Assembly (NCBI GenBank): GCA_964016885.1
Contig: OZ024752.1
Coordinates: 12,648,001 to 12,712,000, forward strand
Origin: Eledone cirrhosa
Lineage: Eukaryota
Direction of reading: 5' to 3'
DNA length: 64,000 nucleotides
Of this stretch, positions 50,631-64,000 are shown piece after piece; position 1 is the stretch's first letter; each line of letters starts with the position of its first letter. A program made the translations under genes and the position numbers. The notes beneath the pieces are model-generated. The model searched no databases and had not been told where the DNA came from. It worked only from the letters and a program-made list of their open reading frames with translations.

Positions 50631-53600
50631 TAGCATGACGTCCAACCCTCTACTCATACTGCCAATCCACCACCCTAGCATGACGTCCAACCCTCTACTC
50701 ATACTGCCAATCCACCACCCTAGCATGACGTCAAACCCTCTACTGATACTGCCAATTCACCACCCTAGCATGACGTCCAACCCTCTACTGATACTGCCAA
50801 TCCACCACCCTAGCATGACGTCCAACCCTCTACTGATACTGCCAATCCACCACCCTAGCATGACGTCCAACCCTCTACTCATACTGCCAGTCCACCACCC
50901 TAGCATGACGTCCAACCCTCTACTCATACTGCCAATCCACCACCCTAGCATGACGTCCAACTCTCTACTCATACTGCCAATCCACCACCCTAGCATGACG
51001 TCCAACCCGCTACTCATACTGCCAATTCACCGCCCTAGCATGACGTCCAACCCTCTACTCATACTGCCAATTCACCACCCTAGCATGACGTCCAACCCTC
51101 TACTCATACTGCCAATTCACCACCCTAGCATGACGTCCAACCCTCTACTGATACTGCCAATCCACCACCCTAGCATGACGTCCAACCCTCTACTCATACT
51201 GCCAATCCACCACCCTAGCATGACGTCCAACCCTCTACTCATACTGCCAATCCACCACCCTAGCATGACGTCCAACCCTCTACTCATACTGCCAATCCAC
51301 CACCCTAGCATGATGTCCAACCCTCTACTCATACTGCCAATTCACCACCCTAGCATGACGTCCAACCCTCTACTCATACTGCCAATTCACCACCCTAGCA
51401 TGACGTCCAACCCTCTACTCATACTGCCAATTCACACCCTAGCATGACGTCCGACCCTCTACTCATACTGCCAATCCACCACCCTAGCATGACGTCCAAC
51501 CCTCTACTCATACTGCCAATCCACCACCCTAGCATGACGTCCAACCCGCTACTCATACTGCCAATTCACCATCCTAGCATGACGTCCAACCCTCTACTCA
51601 TACTGCCAATTCACCGCCCTAGCATGACGTCCAACCCTCTACTCATACTGCCAATTCACCACCCTAGCATGACGTCCAACCCTCTACTCATACTGCCAAT
51701 TCACCACCCTAGCATGACGTCCAACCCTCTACTCATACTGCCAATTCACCACCCTAGCATGACGTCCAACCCTCTACTCATACTGCCAATTCACCACCCT
51801 AGCATGACGTCCAACCCTCTACTCATACTGCCAATTCACCACCCTAGCATGACGTCCAACCCTCTACTCATACTGCCAATCCACCACCTTAGCATGACGT
51901 CCAACCCTCTACTCATACTGCCAATCCACCACCCTAGCATGACGTCCAACCCGCTACTCATACTGCCAATTCACCGCCCTAGCATGACGTCCAACCCTCT
52001 ACTCATACTGCCAATTCACCGCCCTAGCATGACATCCAACCCTCTACTCATACTGCCAATTCACCACCCTAGCATGACGTCCAACCCTCTACTCATACTG
52101 CCAATTCACCACCCTAGCATGACGTCCAACCCTCTACTCATACTGCCAATTCACCACCCTAGCATGACGTCCAACCCTCTACTCATACTGCCAATTCACC
52201 ACCCTAGCATGACGTCCAACCCTCTACTCATACTGCCAATTCACCACCCTAGCATGACGTCCAACCCTCTACTCATACTGCCAATCCACCACCCTAGCAT
52301 GACGTCCAACCCTCTACTCATACTGCCAATCCACCACCCTAGCATGACGTCCAACCCTCTACTCATACTGCCAGTCCACCGCCCTAGCATGACGTCCAAC
52401 CCTCTACTCATACTGCCAATCCACCACCCTAGCATGACGTCCAACTCTCTACTCATACTGCCAATCCACCACCCTAGCATGACGTCCAACCCGCTACTCA
52501 TACTGCCAATTCACCGCCCTAGCATGACGTCCAACCCTCTACTCATACTGCCAATTCACCGCCCTAGCATGACGTCCAACCCTCTACTCATACTGCCAAT
52601 TCACCGCCCTAGCATGACGTCCAACCCTCTACTCATACTGCCAATTCACCGCCCTAGCATGACGTCCAACCCTCTACTCATACTGCCAATTCACCACCCT
52701 AGCATGACGTCCAACCCTCTACTCATACTGCCAATTCACCGCCCAAGCATGACGTCCAACCCTCTACTCATACTGCCAATTCACCACCCTAGCATGACGT
52801 CCAACCCTCTACTCATACTGCCAATCCACCACCCTAGCATGACGTCCAACCCTCTACTCATACTGTCAATCCACCACCCTAGCATGACGTCCAACCCTCT
52901 ACTCATACTGCCAATCCACCACCCTAGCATGACGTCCAACCCTCTACTTATACTGCCAATCCACCACCCTAGCATGACGTTCAACTCTCTACTCATACTG
53001 CCAATCCACCACCCTAGCATGACGTCCAACCATCTACTGATACTGCCAATCCACCACCCTAGCATTACGTCCAACCCTCTACTCATACTGCCAATCCACC
53101 ACCCTAGCATGACGTCCAACCCTCTACTCATACTGCCAATCCACCACCCTAGCATGACGTCCAACCCTCTACTCATACTGCCAATCCACCACCCTAGCAT
53201 GACGTCCAACCCTCTACTCATACTGCCAATCCACCACCCTAGCATGACATCCAACCCTCTACTCATACTGCCAATCCACCACCCTAGCATGACGTCCGAC
53301 CCTCTACTGATACTGCCAATCCACCACCCTAGCATGACATCCAACCCTCTACTCATACTGCCAATCCACCACCCTAGCATGACGTCCAACCCTCTACTCA
53401 TACTGCCAATCCACCACCCTAGCATGACGTCCAACCCTCTACTCATACTGCCAATCCACCACCCTAGCATGACGTCCAACCCTCTACTCATACTGCCAAT
53501 CCACCACCCTAGCATGACGTCCAACCCTCTACTCATACTGCCAATCCACCACCCTAGCATGACGTCCAACCCTCTACTCATACTGCCAATCCACCACCCT

Positions 53601-56600
53601 AGCATGACGTACAACCCTCTACTCATACTGCCAATCCACCACCCTAGCATGACATCCAACCCTCTACTTATACTGCCAATCCACCACCCTAGCATGACGT
53701 CCAACCCTCTACTGATACTACCAATCCACCACCCTAGCATGACATCCAACCCTCTACTCATACTGCCAATCCACCACCCTAGCATGACGTCCAACCCTCT
53801 ACTCATACTGCCAATCCACCACCCTAGCATGACGTCCAACCCTCTACTCATACTGCCAATCCACCACCTTAGCATGACGTCCAACCCTCTACTCATACTG
53901 CCAATCCACCACCCTAGCATGACGTCCAACCCTCTACTCATACTGCCAATCCACCACCTTAGCATGACGTCCAACCCTTTACTCATACTGCCAATTCACC
54001 ACCCTAGCATGATGTCCAACCCTCTACTCATACTGCCAATCCCCCACCCTAGCATGACATCCAACCCTCTACTCATACTGCCAATCCACCACCCTAGCAT
54101 GTCGTCCAACCCTCTACTCATACTGCCAATCCACCACCCTAGCATGACATCCAACCCTCTACTCATACTGCCAATCCACCACCCTAGCATGACGTCCAAC
54201 CCTCTACTGATACTGCCAATCCACCACCCTAGCATGACATCCAACCCTCTACTCATACTGCCAATCCACCACCCTAGCATGACATCCAACCCTCTACTCA
54301 TACTGCCAATCCACCACCCTAGCATGACATCCAACCCTCTACTCATACTGCCAATCCACCACCCTAGCATGACGTCCAACCCTCTACTGATACTGCCAAT
54401 CCACCACCCTAGCATGACATCCAACCCTCTACTGATACTGCCAATCCACCACCCTAGCATGACGTCCAACCCTCTACTGATACTGCCAATCCACCACCCT
54501 AGCATGACATCCAACCCTCTACTCATACTGCCAATCCACCACCCTAGCATGACGTCCAACCCTCTACTGATACTGCCAATCCACCACCCTAGCATGACAT
54601 CCAACCCTCTACTCATACTGCCAATCCACCACCCTAGCATGACGTCCAACCCTCTACTGATACTGCCAATCCACAACCCTAGCATGACATCCAACCCTCT
54701 ACTCATACTGCCAATCCACCACCCTAGCATGACGTCCAACCGTCTACTGATACTGCCAATCCACCACCCTAGCATGACATCCAACCCTCTACTGATACTG
54801 CCAATCCACCACCCTAGCATGACGTCCAACCCTCTACTCATACTGCCAATCCACCACCCTAGCATGACGTCCAACCCTCTACTCATACTGCCAATCCACC
54901 ACCCTAGCATGACGTCCAACCCTCTACTCATAGTGCCAATCCACCACCCTAGCATGACATCCAACCCTCTACTCATACTACCAATCCACCACCCTAGCAT
55001 GACGTCCAACCCTCTACTCATACTGCCAATCCACCACCCTAGCATGACGTCCAACCCTCTACTCATACTGCCAATCCACCACCCTAGCATGACATCCAAC
55101 CCTCTACTCATACTGCCAATCCACCACCCTAGCATGACGTCCAACCCTCTACTCATACTGCCAATCCACCACCCTAGCATGACGTCCAACCCTCTACTCA
55201 TACTGCCAATCCACCACCCTAGCATGACGTCCAACCCTCTACTCATACTGCCAATCCACCACCCTAGCATGACGTCCAACCCTCTACTCATACTGCCAAT
55301 CCACCACCCTAGCATGACGTCCAACCCTCTACTCATACTGCCAATCCACCACCCTAGCATGACGTCCAACCCTCTACTCATACTGCCAATCCACCACCCT
55401 AGCATGACGTCCAACCCTCTACTCATACTGCCAATCCACCACCCTAGCATGACGTCCAACCCTCTACTCATACTGCCAATTCACCACCCTAGCATGACGT
55501 CCAACCCTCTACTCATACTGCCAATCCACCACCCTAGCATGACGTCCAACCCTCTACTCATACTGCCAATCCACCACCCTAGCATGACGTCCAACCCTCT
55601 ACTCATACTGCCAATCCACCACCCTAGCATGACGTCCAACCCTCTACTCATACTGCCAATTCACCACCCTAGCATGACGTCCAACCCTCTACTCATACTG
55701 CCAATCCACCACCCTAGCATGACGTCCAACCCTCTACTCATACTGCCAATCCACCACCCTAGCATGACGTCCAACCCTCTACTCATACTGCCAATCCACC
55801 ACCCTAGCATGACGTCCAACCCTCTACTCATACTGCCAATCCACCACCCTAGCATGACGTCCAACCCTCTTCTCATACTGCCAATCCACCACCCTAGCAT
55901 GACGTCCAACCCTCTACTCATACTGCCAATCCACCACCCTAGCATGACGTCCAACCCTCTACTCATACTGCCAATCCACCACCCTAGCATGACGTCCAAC
56001 CCTCTACTCATACTGCCATTCCACCACCCTAGCATGACGTCCAACCCTCTACTCATACTGCCAATCCACCACCCTAGCATGACGTCCAACCCTCTACTCA
56101 TACTGCCAATCCACCACCCTAGCATGACGTCCAACCCTCTACTCATACTGCCAATCCACCACCCTAGCATGACGTCCAACCCTCTACTCATACTGCCAAT
56201 CCACCACCCTAGCATGACGTCCAACCCTCTACTCATAGTGCCAATCCACCACCCTAGCATGACATCCAACCCTCTACTCATACTACCAATCCACCACCCT
56301 AGCATGACGTCCAACCCTCTACTCATACTGCCAATCCACCACCCTAGCATGACGTCCAACCCTCTACTCATACTGCCAATCCACCACCCTAGCATGACAT
56401 CCAACCCTCTACTCATACTGCCAATCCACCACCCTAGCATGACGTCCAACCCTCTACTCATACTGCCAATCCACCACCCTAGCATGACGTCCAACCCTCT
56501 ACTCATACTGCCAATCCACCACCCTAGCATGACGTCCAACCCTCTACTCATACTGCCAATCCACCACCCTAGCATGACGTCCAACCCTCTACTCATACTG

Positions 56601-58187
56601 CCAATCCACCACCCTAGCATGACGTCCAACCCTCTACTCATACTGCCAATCCACCACCCTAGCATGACGTCCAACCCTCTACTCATACTGCCATTCCACC
56701 ACCCTAGCATGACGTCCAACCCTCTACTCATACTGCCAATCCACCACCCTAGCATGACGTCCAACCCTCTACTCATACTGCCCAATCCACCACCCTAGCA
56801 TGACGTCCAACCCTCTACTCATACTGCCAATCCACCACCCTAGCATGACGTCCAACCCTCTACTCATACTGCCAATCCACCACCCTAGCATGACGTCCAA
56901 CCCTCTACTCATACTGCCAATCCACCACCCTAGCATGACGTCCAACCCTCTACTCATACTGCCAATCCACCACCCTAGCATGACGTCCAACCCTCTACTC
57001 ATACTGCCAATCCACCACCCTAGCATGACGTCCAACCCTCTACTCATACTGCCAATTCACCACCCTAGCATGACGTCCAACCCTCTACTCATACTGCCAA
57101 TCCACCACCCTAGCATGACGTCCAACCCTCTACTCATACTGCCAATCCACCACCCTAGCATGACGTCCAACCCTCTACTCATACTGCCAATTCACCACCC
57201 TAGCATGACGTCCAACCCTCTACTCATACTGCCAATCCACCACCCTAGCATGACGTCCAACCCTCTACTCATACTGCCAATCCACCACCCTAGCATGACG
57301 TCCAACCCTCTACTCATACTGCCAATCCACCACCCTAGCATGACGTCCAACCCTCTACTCATACTGCCAATCCACCACCCTAGCATGACGTCCAACCCTC
57401 TACTCATACTGCCAATTCACCACCCTAGCATGACGTCCAACCCTCTACTCATACTGCCAATCCACCACCCTAGCATGACGTCCAACCCTCTACTCATACT
57501 GCCAATCCACCACCCTAGCATGACGTCCAACCCTCTACTCATACTGCCAATCCACCACCCTAGCATGACGTCCAACCCTCTACTCATACTGCCAATCCAC
57601 CACCCTAGCATGACGTCCAACCCTCTACTCATACTGCCAATCCACCACCCTAGCATGACGTCCAACCCTCTACTCATACTGCCAATCCACCACCCTAGCA
57701 TGACGTCCAACCCTCTACTCATACTGCCAATCCACCACCCTAGCATGACGTCCAACCCTCTACTCATACTGCCAATCCACCACCCTAGCATGACGTCCAA
57801 CCCTCTACTCATACTGCCAATCCACCACCCTAGCATGACGTCCAACCCTCTACTCATACTGCCAATTCACCACCTTAACATGACGTCCAACCCTCTACTC
57901 ATACTGCCAATTCACCACCCTAGCATGACGTCCAACCCTCTACTCATACTGCCAATCCACCACCCTAGCATGACGTCCAACCCTCTACTCATACTGCCAA
58001 TCCACCACCCTAGCATGACGTCCAACCCTCTACTCATACTGCCAATTCACCACCTTAACATGACGTCCAACCCTCTACTCATACTGCCAATTCACCACCC
58101 TAGCATGACGTCCAACCCTCTACTCATACTGCCAATTCACCACCCTAGCATGACGTCCAACCCTCTACTCATACTGCCAATCCACCA
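50587..58187. repeat. 45-bp tandem satellite, about 169 units, derived from the SINE 5' head
   Basis: Unit AGCATGACGTCCAACCCTCTACTCATACTGCCAATCCACCACCCT; compare the SINE head at 49188-49229 AGCATGGCATCCGACCCTCTACCGATACTGCCAATCCACCGC. Confidence 0.98.
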
Positions 58188-58243
58188 ATGCAAATACATT
58201 TGCTGTGTCTGTAATTAGTTGTCTTTTTATTGTGATATTTCAG

Positions 58244-58274
58244 AATACGGCCACAGACCTTCAGTGTCAGAATG
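58244..58274 (+). CDS. 31-nt exon of a C-type lectin-domain gene (NTATDLQCQN-G)
   Basis: atatttcag|AATACG...GAATG|gtaagt; phase 0 to 1; joins the next exon to give CQNGW. Confidence 0.85.
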
Positions 58275-58280
58275 GTAAGT

Positions 58281-58927
58281 CTTCTTCTTTGCCTTCTTTG
58301 CCTTCTTCTTCTTTGCCTTCTTCTTCTTTGCCTTCTTCTTCTTTGCTTTCTTCTTCTTTGCTTTCTTCTTCTTTGCTTTCTTCTTCTTGGCCTTTTTCTT
58401 TGCCTTCTTCTTCTTTGCCTTCTTCTTCTTTGCTTTCTTCTTCTTTGCCTTCTTCTTTGCCTTCTTCTTCTTTGCCTTCTTCTTCTTTGCTTTCTTCTTC
58501 TTTGCTTTCTTCTTCTTTGCCTCCTTTGCCTTCTTCTTCTTTGCCTTCTTCTTCTTCTTCTTCTTCTTCTTTGCCTTCTTCTTCTTCTTCTTCTTTGCCT
58601 TCTTTGCCTTCTTCTTCTTTGCTTTCTTCTTCTTCTTTTTCTTCTTCTTCTTCTTCTTCTTCTTCTTCTTCTTCTTCTTCTTGTTTGCTTTCTTCTTCTT
58701 CTTCTTTGATTTCTTCTTCTTCTTCTTTGCTTTCTTCTTCTTCTTCTTCTTCTTCTTCTTCTTCTTCTTCTTCTTCTTCTTCTTTGCTTCCTTCTTCTTC
58801 TTTGCTTTCTTCTTCTTCTTTGCTTTCTTCTTCCTCTTCTTCTTTGCTTTCTTCTTCTTCTTCTTTGCTTTTTTCTTTTTCTTTTTCTTTTTCTTTTTCT
58901 TTTTCTTTTTCTTTTTCTTCTTCTTCT
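58281..58927. repeat. (TTC)n tract with TTTGC(C/T) interruptions, followed by a TG-rich tract to ~59190
   Basis: Visible periodicity; source of the poly-K/R/S/F ORFs. Confidence 0.97.
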
Positions 58928-59230
58928 CATGAGTGTACATGTTTGTGTGTGAGCGCACGAGTGTGTATGTGTGCATAAGTGTGTATGTATGTGTGTATGT
59001 GTGCATAAGTGTGTATGTATGTGTGTATGTGTACATGGCTGAGTGTACATGTTTGTGTATGAGAACATGTGTATATGAACATGTGGCTGCATGGGTTGTG
59101 TGTGTGTGTGTGAACATGTGTATGTGTATACATGTGTGAACACGTGTGCTGTGTATACATGTGTGAACACGTGTGTGTGTGTGTGTGTGTAAAAACACTT
59201 TATTTACCAAATATTTCTATTTTCTTTCAG

Positions 59231-59312
59231 GATGGAACTTGATATTTGGACAATGTTATCGTTTTTTTGATTCTGCTCAAACATGGTACCAAGCCAATAT
59301 TACATGTAACAG
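59231..59312 (+). CDS. 82-nt exon, C-type lectin domain (GWNLIFGQCYRFFDSAQTWYQANITCN-S)
   Basis: ttttctttcag|GATGG...AACAG|gtaact; phase 1 to 2; CTLD pattern GW-x6-CY-x-F-x6-W-x2-A-x3-C. Confidence 0.93.
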
Positions 59313-59714
59313 GTAACTATATATCCTTGCCTTCTTTCAACCCTCGACTCCTGATGAGATTTTTGGAGTTCCACCATGGCATTTTAAACTGGGAAGAACC
59401 CGTCCCTAGTATTATCATAAATATATATCTATACCCATGCTCCGTCTAATCCATACTAACGTGGAAGATGGACGTGAAATGATGATGATGATGATGATTT
59501 AGTTCTTAACAACCTGTAATGATTTAGAAAAAAATATTTTTTAAATGGGTTTATTAATTCAAATGTTTGTAGTATATTTACTAGTGAACAAATAGTTGTG
59601 AAAATTTGCAGTAAATTAATTTAACCATTTAGTTACCAATCTGGACCAATCTGGACCAACTGGCTCTGGTTCAAGGAAATAAAATAACCCATTTTAAAGG
59701 TTTATAATCTCTAG

Positions 59715-60767
59715 GGCGGGTAAAATTCCCAAGATCCATGGGTCTCCAGCGGTCTCTGTGCTTCATCATCACCGCCATGTCCTGCATCTCCCAGAGACCA
59801 GCGTCTGTCCTTAGGGCATCAATATATGTCAACCTCGGTCTTAATGTGTCCGTGTAGGGGCTCCCACAGGAGCAGTGAGTGCAGTGTCAACTCTGAATCT
59901 TAGTGAGCATGTCCAGCTAACCCCAGTCTCCTCTGTGTTATTTTTGAGCTGACTTTTGGGAAGCTCCCGTACAGTTCTGAGTTCTTCATCCTCAGTGTAT
60001 ACTGATTAATGTTCAGGGCCATCCTCAGCATTCTTCTGTAGCACCTATCCACCATCTGAGTGAGTTTCTTGGTCAGTGGCCAAGTCTCAGACCTGTACAG
60101 ACTCCACCATAGTGATGAAGAGACAGATCTTCAGGTTGGACTCCCACACTGACCTCAAACTGTGACACTCCACCCAGGCTTTGTTCTTCCTCTCAACCAC
60201 ATCAACCTCTGTGTTCCCAATCTTTGCTCCCAAATACAGGAAGTCCTTAACCAACTCTAGCGGTTTCCCGCCTACATTCATAATTTTTTCTGGTTTCTTA
60301 ATAATCTCTACCAGATACTTTGTCTTAATCTCATTCATTCTCGGCCCCACATTCATCGACACAGTCTCCACCTCCTGCATCAACTCCTCTGCCTCCTTCA
60401 CTGTGTTTGTTACATGAACAATGTCATCAGTAAATTCAGCATCCGATATCTTTTTAACCTTAACTCTCCTGCTCTGAGCCAGTGTTACAGTAAAGCCAGA
60501 GTCCTGGTGTTTCTCCAGTGCAAAGCGCATACAATAGTCCATTGCGATGATAAAAAGGTAGGGAGCCAATGTATCTCCCTGGAGCACTCCAGCAAGTATC
60601 TCAAAGGACTCTGTCATCCCATCAGGTGTAATGACTTGGGCTCTGGTATTGGTGTAGAACAGTGATATCAGGTCCACTATCTTCTTGGGGATTCCATAAC
60701 CCTGTAAGATCTTCAGCAGTCAGTGACAGTCCACAGAATCAAAGGCCTTCCGGAAGTCAATGAAAAT
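59715..60767 (-). mobile_element. Decayed RTE-like LINE fragment (RT to C-terminus) inserted into a MITE in the lectin intron
   Basis: FIDFRKAFDS, GVLQGDTLAPYLFII, FTDDI, DFLYLG; flanks 59622-59710 and 60775-60912 match the repeat at ~40060-40281. Confidence 0.9.
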
Positions 60768-61387
60768 CTTCCATCATGATTTTATATAAGACCCTTACAT
60801 TAAGTTACTATCTTAATAATGAAATAATTAATAATTTTAGTATATCCCTCGATATTCTTCATTAATTAAGTAACATAGAGTGTATTTAATTAGAAACGTG
60901 GTCACAAAAAAGTTAACCCTTTAGCATTTAAACCGGTCGTATCTGGCCTGAATATTCTCACCACTTTCTGTTCAAACCCACTGTAACTGGTAACTCATAC
61001 TGATGTTAAGGTATAATTCTCAAAATAAATTATATCAAAATCTCGTAGATTCGATATTATGTGAGATAAAGCCTTTACAACAAAAATACAATAGTATATA
61101 TAGAGTAATGTAAATGTTAAAGGGTTAAAGACTTGACCCTTTAGCATTTAAACTGGCCATATCCAACTCTTTGTGTTCAATATTATGTGAGATAATTATG
61201 TAAGATAAAGTCTTTACCACAAAAATACAATAGTATATATAGAGTAATGTAAATGTTAAAGGGTTAAATTATTTTTAATATGATGCAGTCATAGTGTTGT
61301 TAACTATTTTTCAAGAATGTCTTGCTAATGTGGTTTCATGTGGTACAGGAGATTAAGTGTTATTCTTTGCATTGATTTACTTTCTAG

Positions 61388-61488
61388 TTATTCATCAACC
61401 CTAGTAGAACCACTAGGATACCAGCTCAATGAAAGACTTGGAAATGTTATCTATGGACAAAACGGAAACTATGCCAGTGTTTGGATTG
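61388..61488 (+). CDS. 101-nt exon, C-type lectin domain (SYSSTLVEPLGYQLNERLGNVIYGQNGNYASVWI-G); the gene probably continues beyond the window
   Basis: tttactttctag|T...TGGATTG|gtaaat; phase 2 to 1; ends at the CTLD WIG motif. Confidence 0.92.
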
Positions 61489-61954
61489 GTAAATATAACT
61501 CATTAAACCGGCCATATCTGGCCAGAATTCTCTCACTTCTTTCTGTTCAAACCGGCCATAAGTGGCCACTCATACTGACATTAAGGTATTGTTCTCAAAA
61601 TAAATAATTGTTTCTACTTTTGGCTCAGGGCCAACAATTACCTCCAGTGCATGAATGGTTCTTTATTTTATCGACCCCGTAAGGATGAAAGGCAAAGTTA
61701 ACCTCAGTGGGATTTGAACCCATGTCGTAAAGGGCCGTAACTCTATGCTGCAAAGCATGGCGTTCTCAAAATAATTGATAACGTTATCAAAATCTCATAG
61801 ATTCCATATTATGTAAATAGGGTTCAATTAATTGTATCTGTTTTTGTTTCGATTGCACCCCTTATGTGGTTTTTATCTCCATGGCTACCATTGCCACCAA
61901 CATTATCAATGTCCCTATTCCTATCACCATGGCTACCTTTACTCAACTGGAGAT

Positions 61955-62166
61955 TATCATCATCATCATCATCATCAATATCATCATCATCATCATCTCA
62001 TCATCATTATCATCATCATCGTCATCATTATCATCATTACCATCATCACCATCACCATCACCACCATCACCATCACCACCATCATCACCATCATCATCAC
62101 CACCACCGTCATCATCACCATCATCATCACCATCATCACCATCACCATCACCATCACTATCATCAT
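61955..62166. repeat. (CAT/CAC)n microsatellite
   Basis: Visible periodicity. Confidence 0.96.
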
Positions 62167-63144
62167 TTAACATCTCTTCTCGATGCTACATCCAAAATAA
62201 TATTTTACTTGCTGTTCCTTTTTACTGCTAGCTGTCTTAAGGATTAGACAGATCCTGGATACATATTACCTTATCCTCAACACACCCACACCACCACTTC
62301 CATCAGTTTCCTTACAGCCCTTACCACCTGATACATCATCATCACCATCATCACCATCATTGTCGTCATTTAACGTCCATTTTACCTGTTAGCAACCTGT
62401 TAGCAGCCTGTCACCCACTTCTGTTTAACATTAGTCATGTCCATGCAAGCTGTTGCAGTGGTATTCTCTTTCCTAAATCTTTCCTTAACATATTTGTAAA
62501 TAAATATACTGTTTATAATTTTCTAATGAAGAGATATAATCTAGGAAATTTAAAGGGCGGTAACGGTTTAAGTTTCCAAGTCAATAAAATGAAGAAAAAT
62601 ATAAGAAAAGATAATGATTTCTAGTATAGGCACAAGGCCAGTAATTTTGGGGGTGGGGAAAGTCGATTAAATCGACCCTAGTGCATTACTGGTGCTTTAT
62701 TTTATCGACCCCGTAAGGATGAAAGGCAAAGCTGACCTTGGCAGGATTTGAACTCAGAATGTAAAAACCATAACTTTATGCTGCAAAGCATGGTGTCTGA
62801 CACTCTACTGATACTGCCAATCCAAATATAATAAATGTGGGTCCATGTGGAAGTAATTAGGGAATGTTGGGGGAAATGAGCAAAGTTTTTAAATCTTGTG
62901 TGGGCGGAATTTTCCAGTTCTTTAGTATAAATTTGTGGGTGTTAGGGTAGCAATTGAGGAAATCAGTCCGTTGGTTCAGACAGGATGTATAGAATTTTCT
63001 GTATATTTCATCTTTCTGCTATACAGAACTAACATGTCCTCAAGTCATTTATATAGGATCAGGATCTTTCTAGAATCTTCCATCAAACTGGAGCACAATT
63101 ATATTTTCAATACACATGAAAGAAAAGCGGTTCCCTATTTACAA

Positions 63145-63198
<54 letters not shown>

Positions 63199-64000
63199 TC
63201 ACACATACACATAAATGTATATATGTGTGTGTGCATGTGCATTTGTGTGTAGTTGTCATCACTGGCAATGATATTTGTTTACATTGTGTATGCAGTTATT
63301 TTAGTTCTCTCCATTTGGCTTGGTCAAATCTGTTTTGATGGTGGCTTTATTTTAGCAGTGAAAAATTTCACACTGAAGAGAGAGAGACAGAGATACCGAC
63401 ACTCATACACTCGCACACAGACTCTCACACACTCACACACAGACTCTCACACACTCACACACAGACCCTCACACACATACACAAACATGCCCAGGTGTGT
63501 ATAGGTTTTGTGTGTATAGGCTATAATTGTTTTTATATTAGGCACAAGGCCAGCAATTACCCAGTACATTACTGGTGCTTTATTTTATCGACCCCGTAAA
63601 GATGAAAGGCAAAGTTAACCTCAGCGGGATTTGAACTCAGATCGTAAAGGGACCTAACTATGCTGTGTATAGGCTATATAATGCTGTTAAGACGGCTCGG
63701 GGTGCGTGACATACTGGAATTTATATTCAGTTTTCTACACCAAATTAGCGGTCACCTGATACAGCGATTTCTGGTGCTGAGAAGTTATAATCAGCTGTCA
63801 TCTCAAGTTAAACATTTATCCATTTATTCCTACTTACAAATATATAGTGATAACTTATATTAATTCAAATGATATCACTGAATAATAAGTATATTTAGTT
63901 CTTTTAAAGATCAATATAAAAAATAGGTGGTGAATTGGCCGAGTTGTTAGAGCGTTGGATAGAAGGATTTATGGCAGGGGTGTGTAACATATTCCATTGG

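Noticed and set aside
50578-58218. Giant ORFs of (MTSNPLLILPIHHPS)n and antisense (MSRGLDVMLGWWIGS)n
   Set aside because: The 45-bp unit is a multiple of 3 and no codon in the + frame is one substitution from a stop, so openness is uninformative. The unit is a SINE head and two 1-bp indels break the frame.

Overview
Eukaryotic, AT-rich and extremely repeat-dense DNA. The SINE types (Deu/Nin-domain and CORE-domain), RTE LINEs and huge (TA)n/(CATA)n microsatellites suggest a cephalopod, probably Octopus (inference). Nearly all ORFs in the supplied track are microsatellite or satellite artefacts. The real content is as follows. (1) Three phase-compatible + strand exons at 58244-61488 encode the first half of a C-type lectin domain. 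(2) Two Penelope-like retroelements carry a CxC-x5-C-x5-C linker and C-terminal GIY-YIG (Hydra-type). About 18 hammerhead-ribozyme motifs from many unrelated families lie in the first 37 kb, several as fold-back pairs and two with a U3-A8 variant core. (3) There are RTE, R4/Dong-like and CRE-like LINE fragments, and bipartite non-autonomous RTE derivatives. (4) There are piggyBac-, Tc1/pogo-, hAT- and Helitron-type non-autonomous DNA elements. (5) A 7.6-kb satellite of about 169 x 45 bp was made by amplifying the tRNA-like A-box head of a SINE and ends 56 bp before a 31-nt lectin exon. All calls come from manual reading; element boundaries are approximate and no database search was run.
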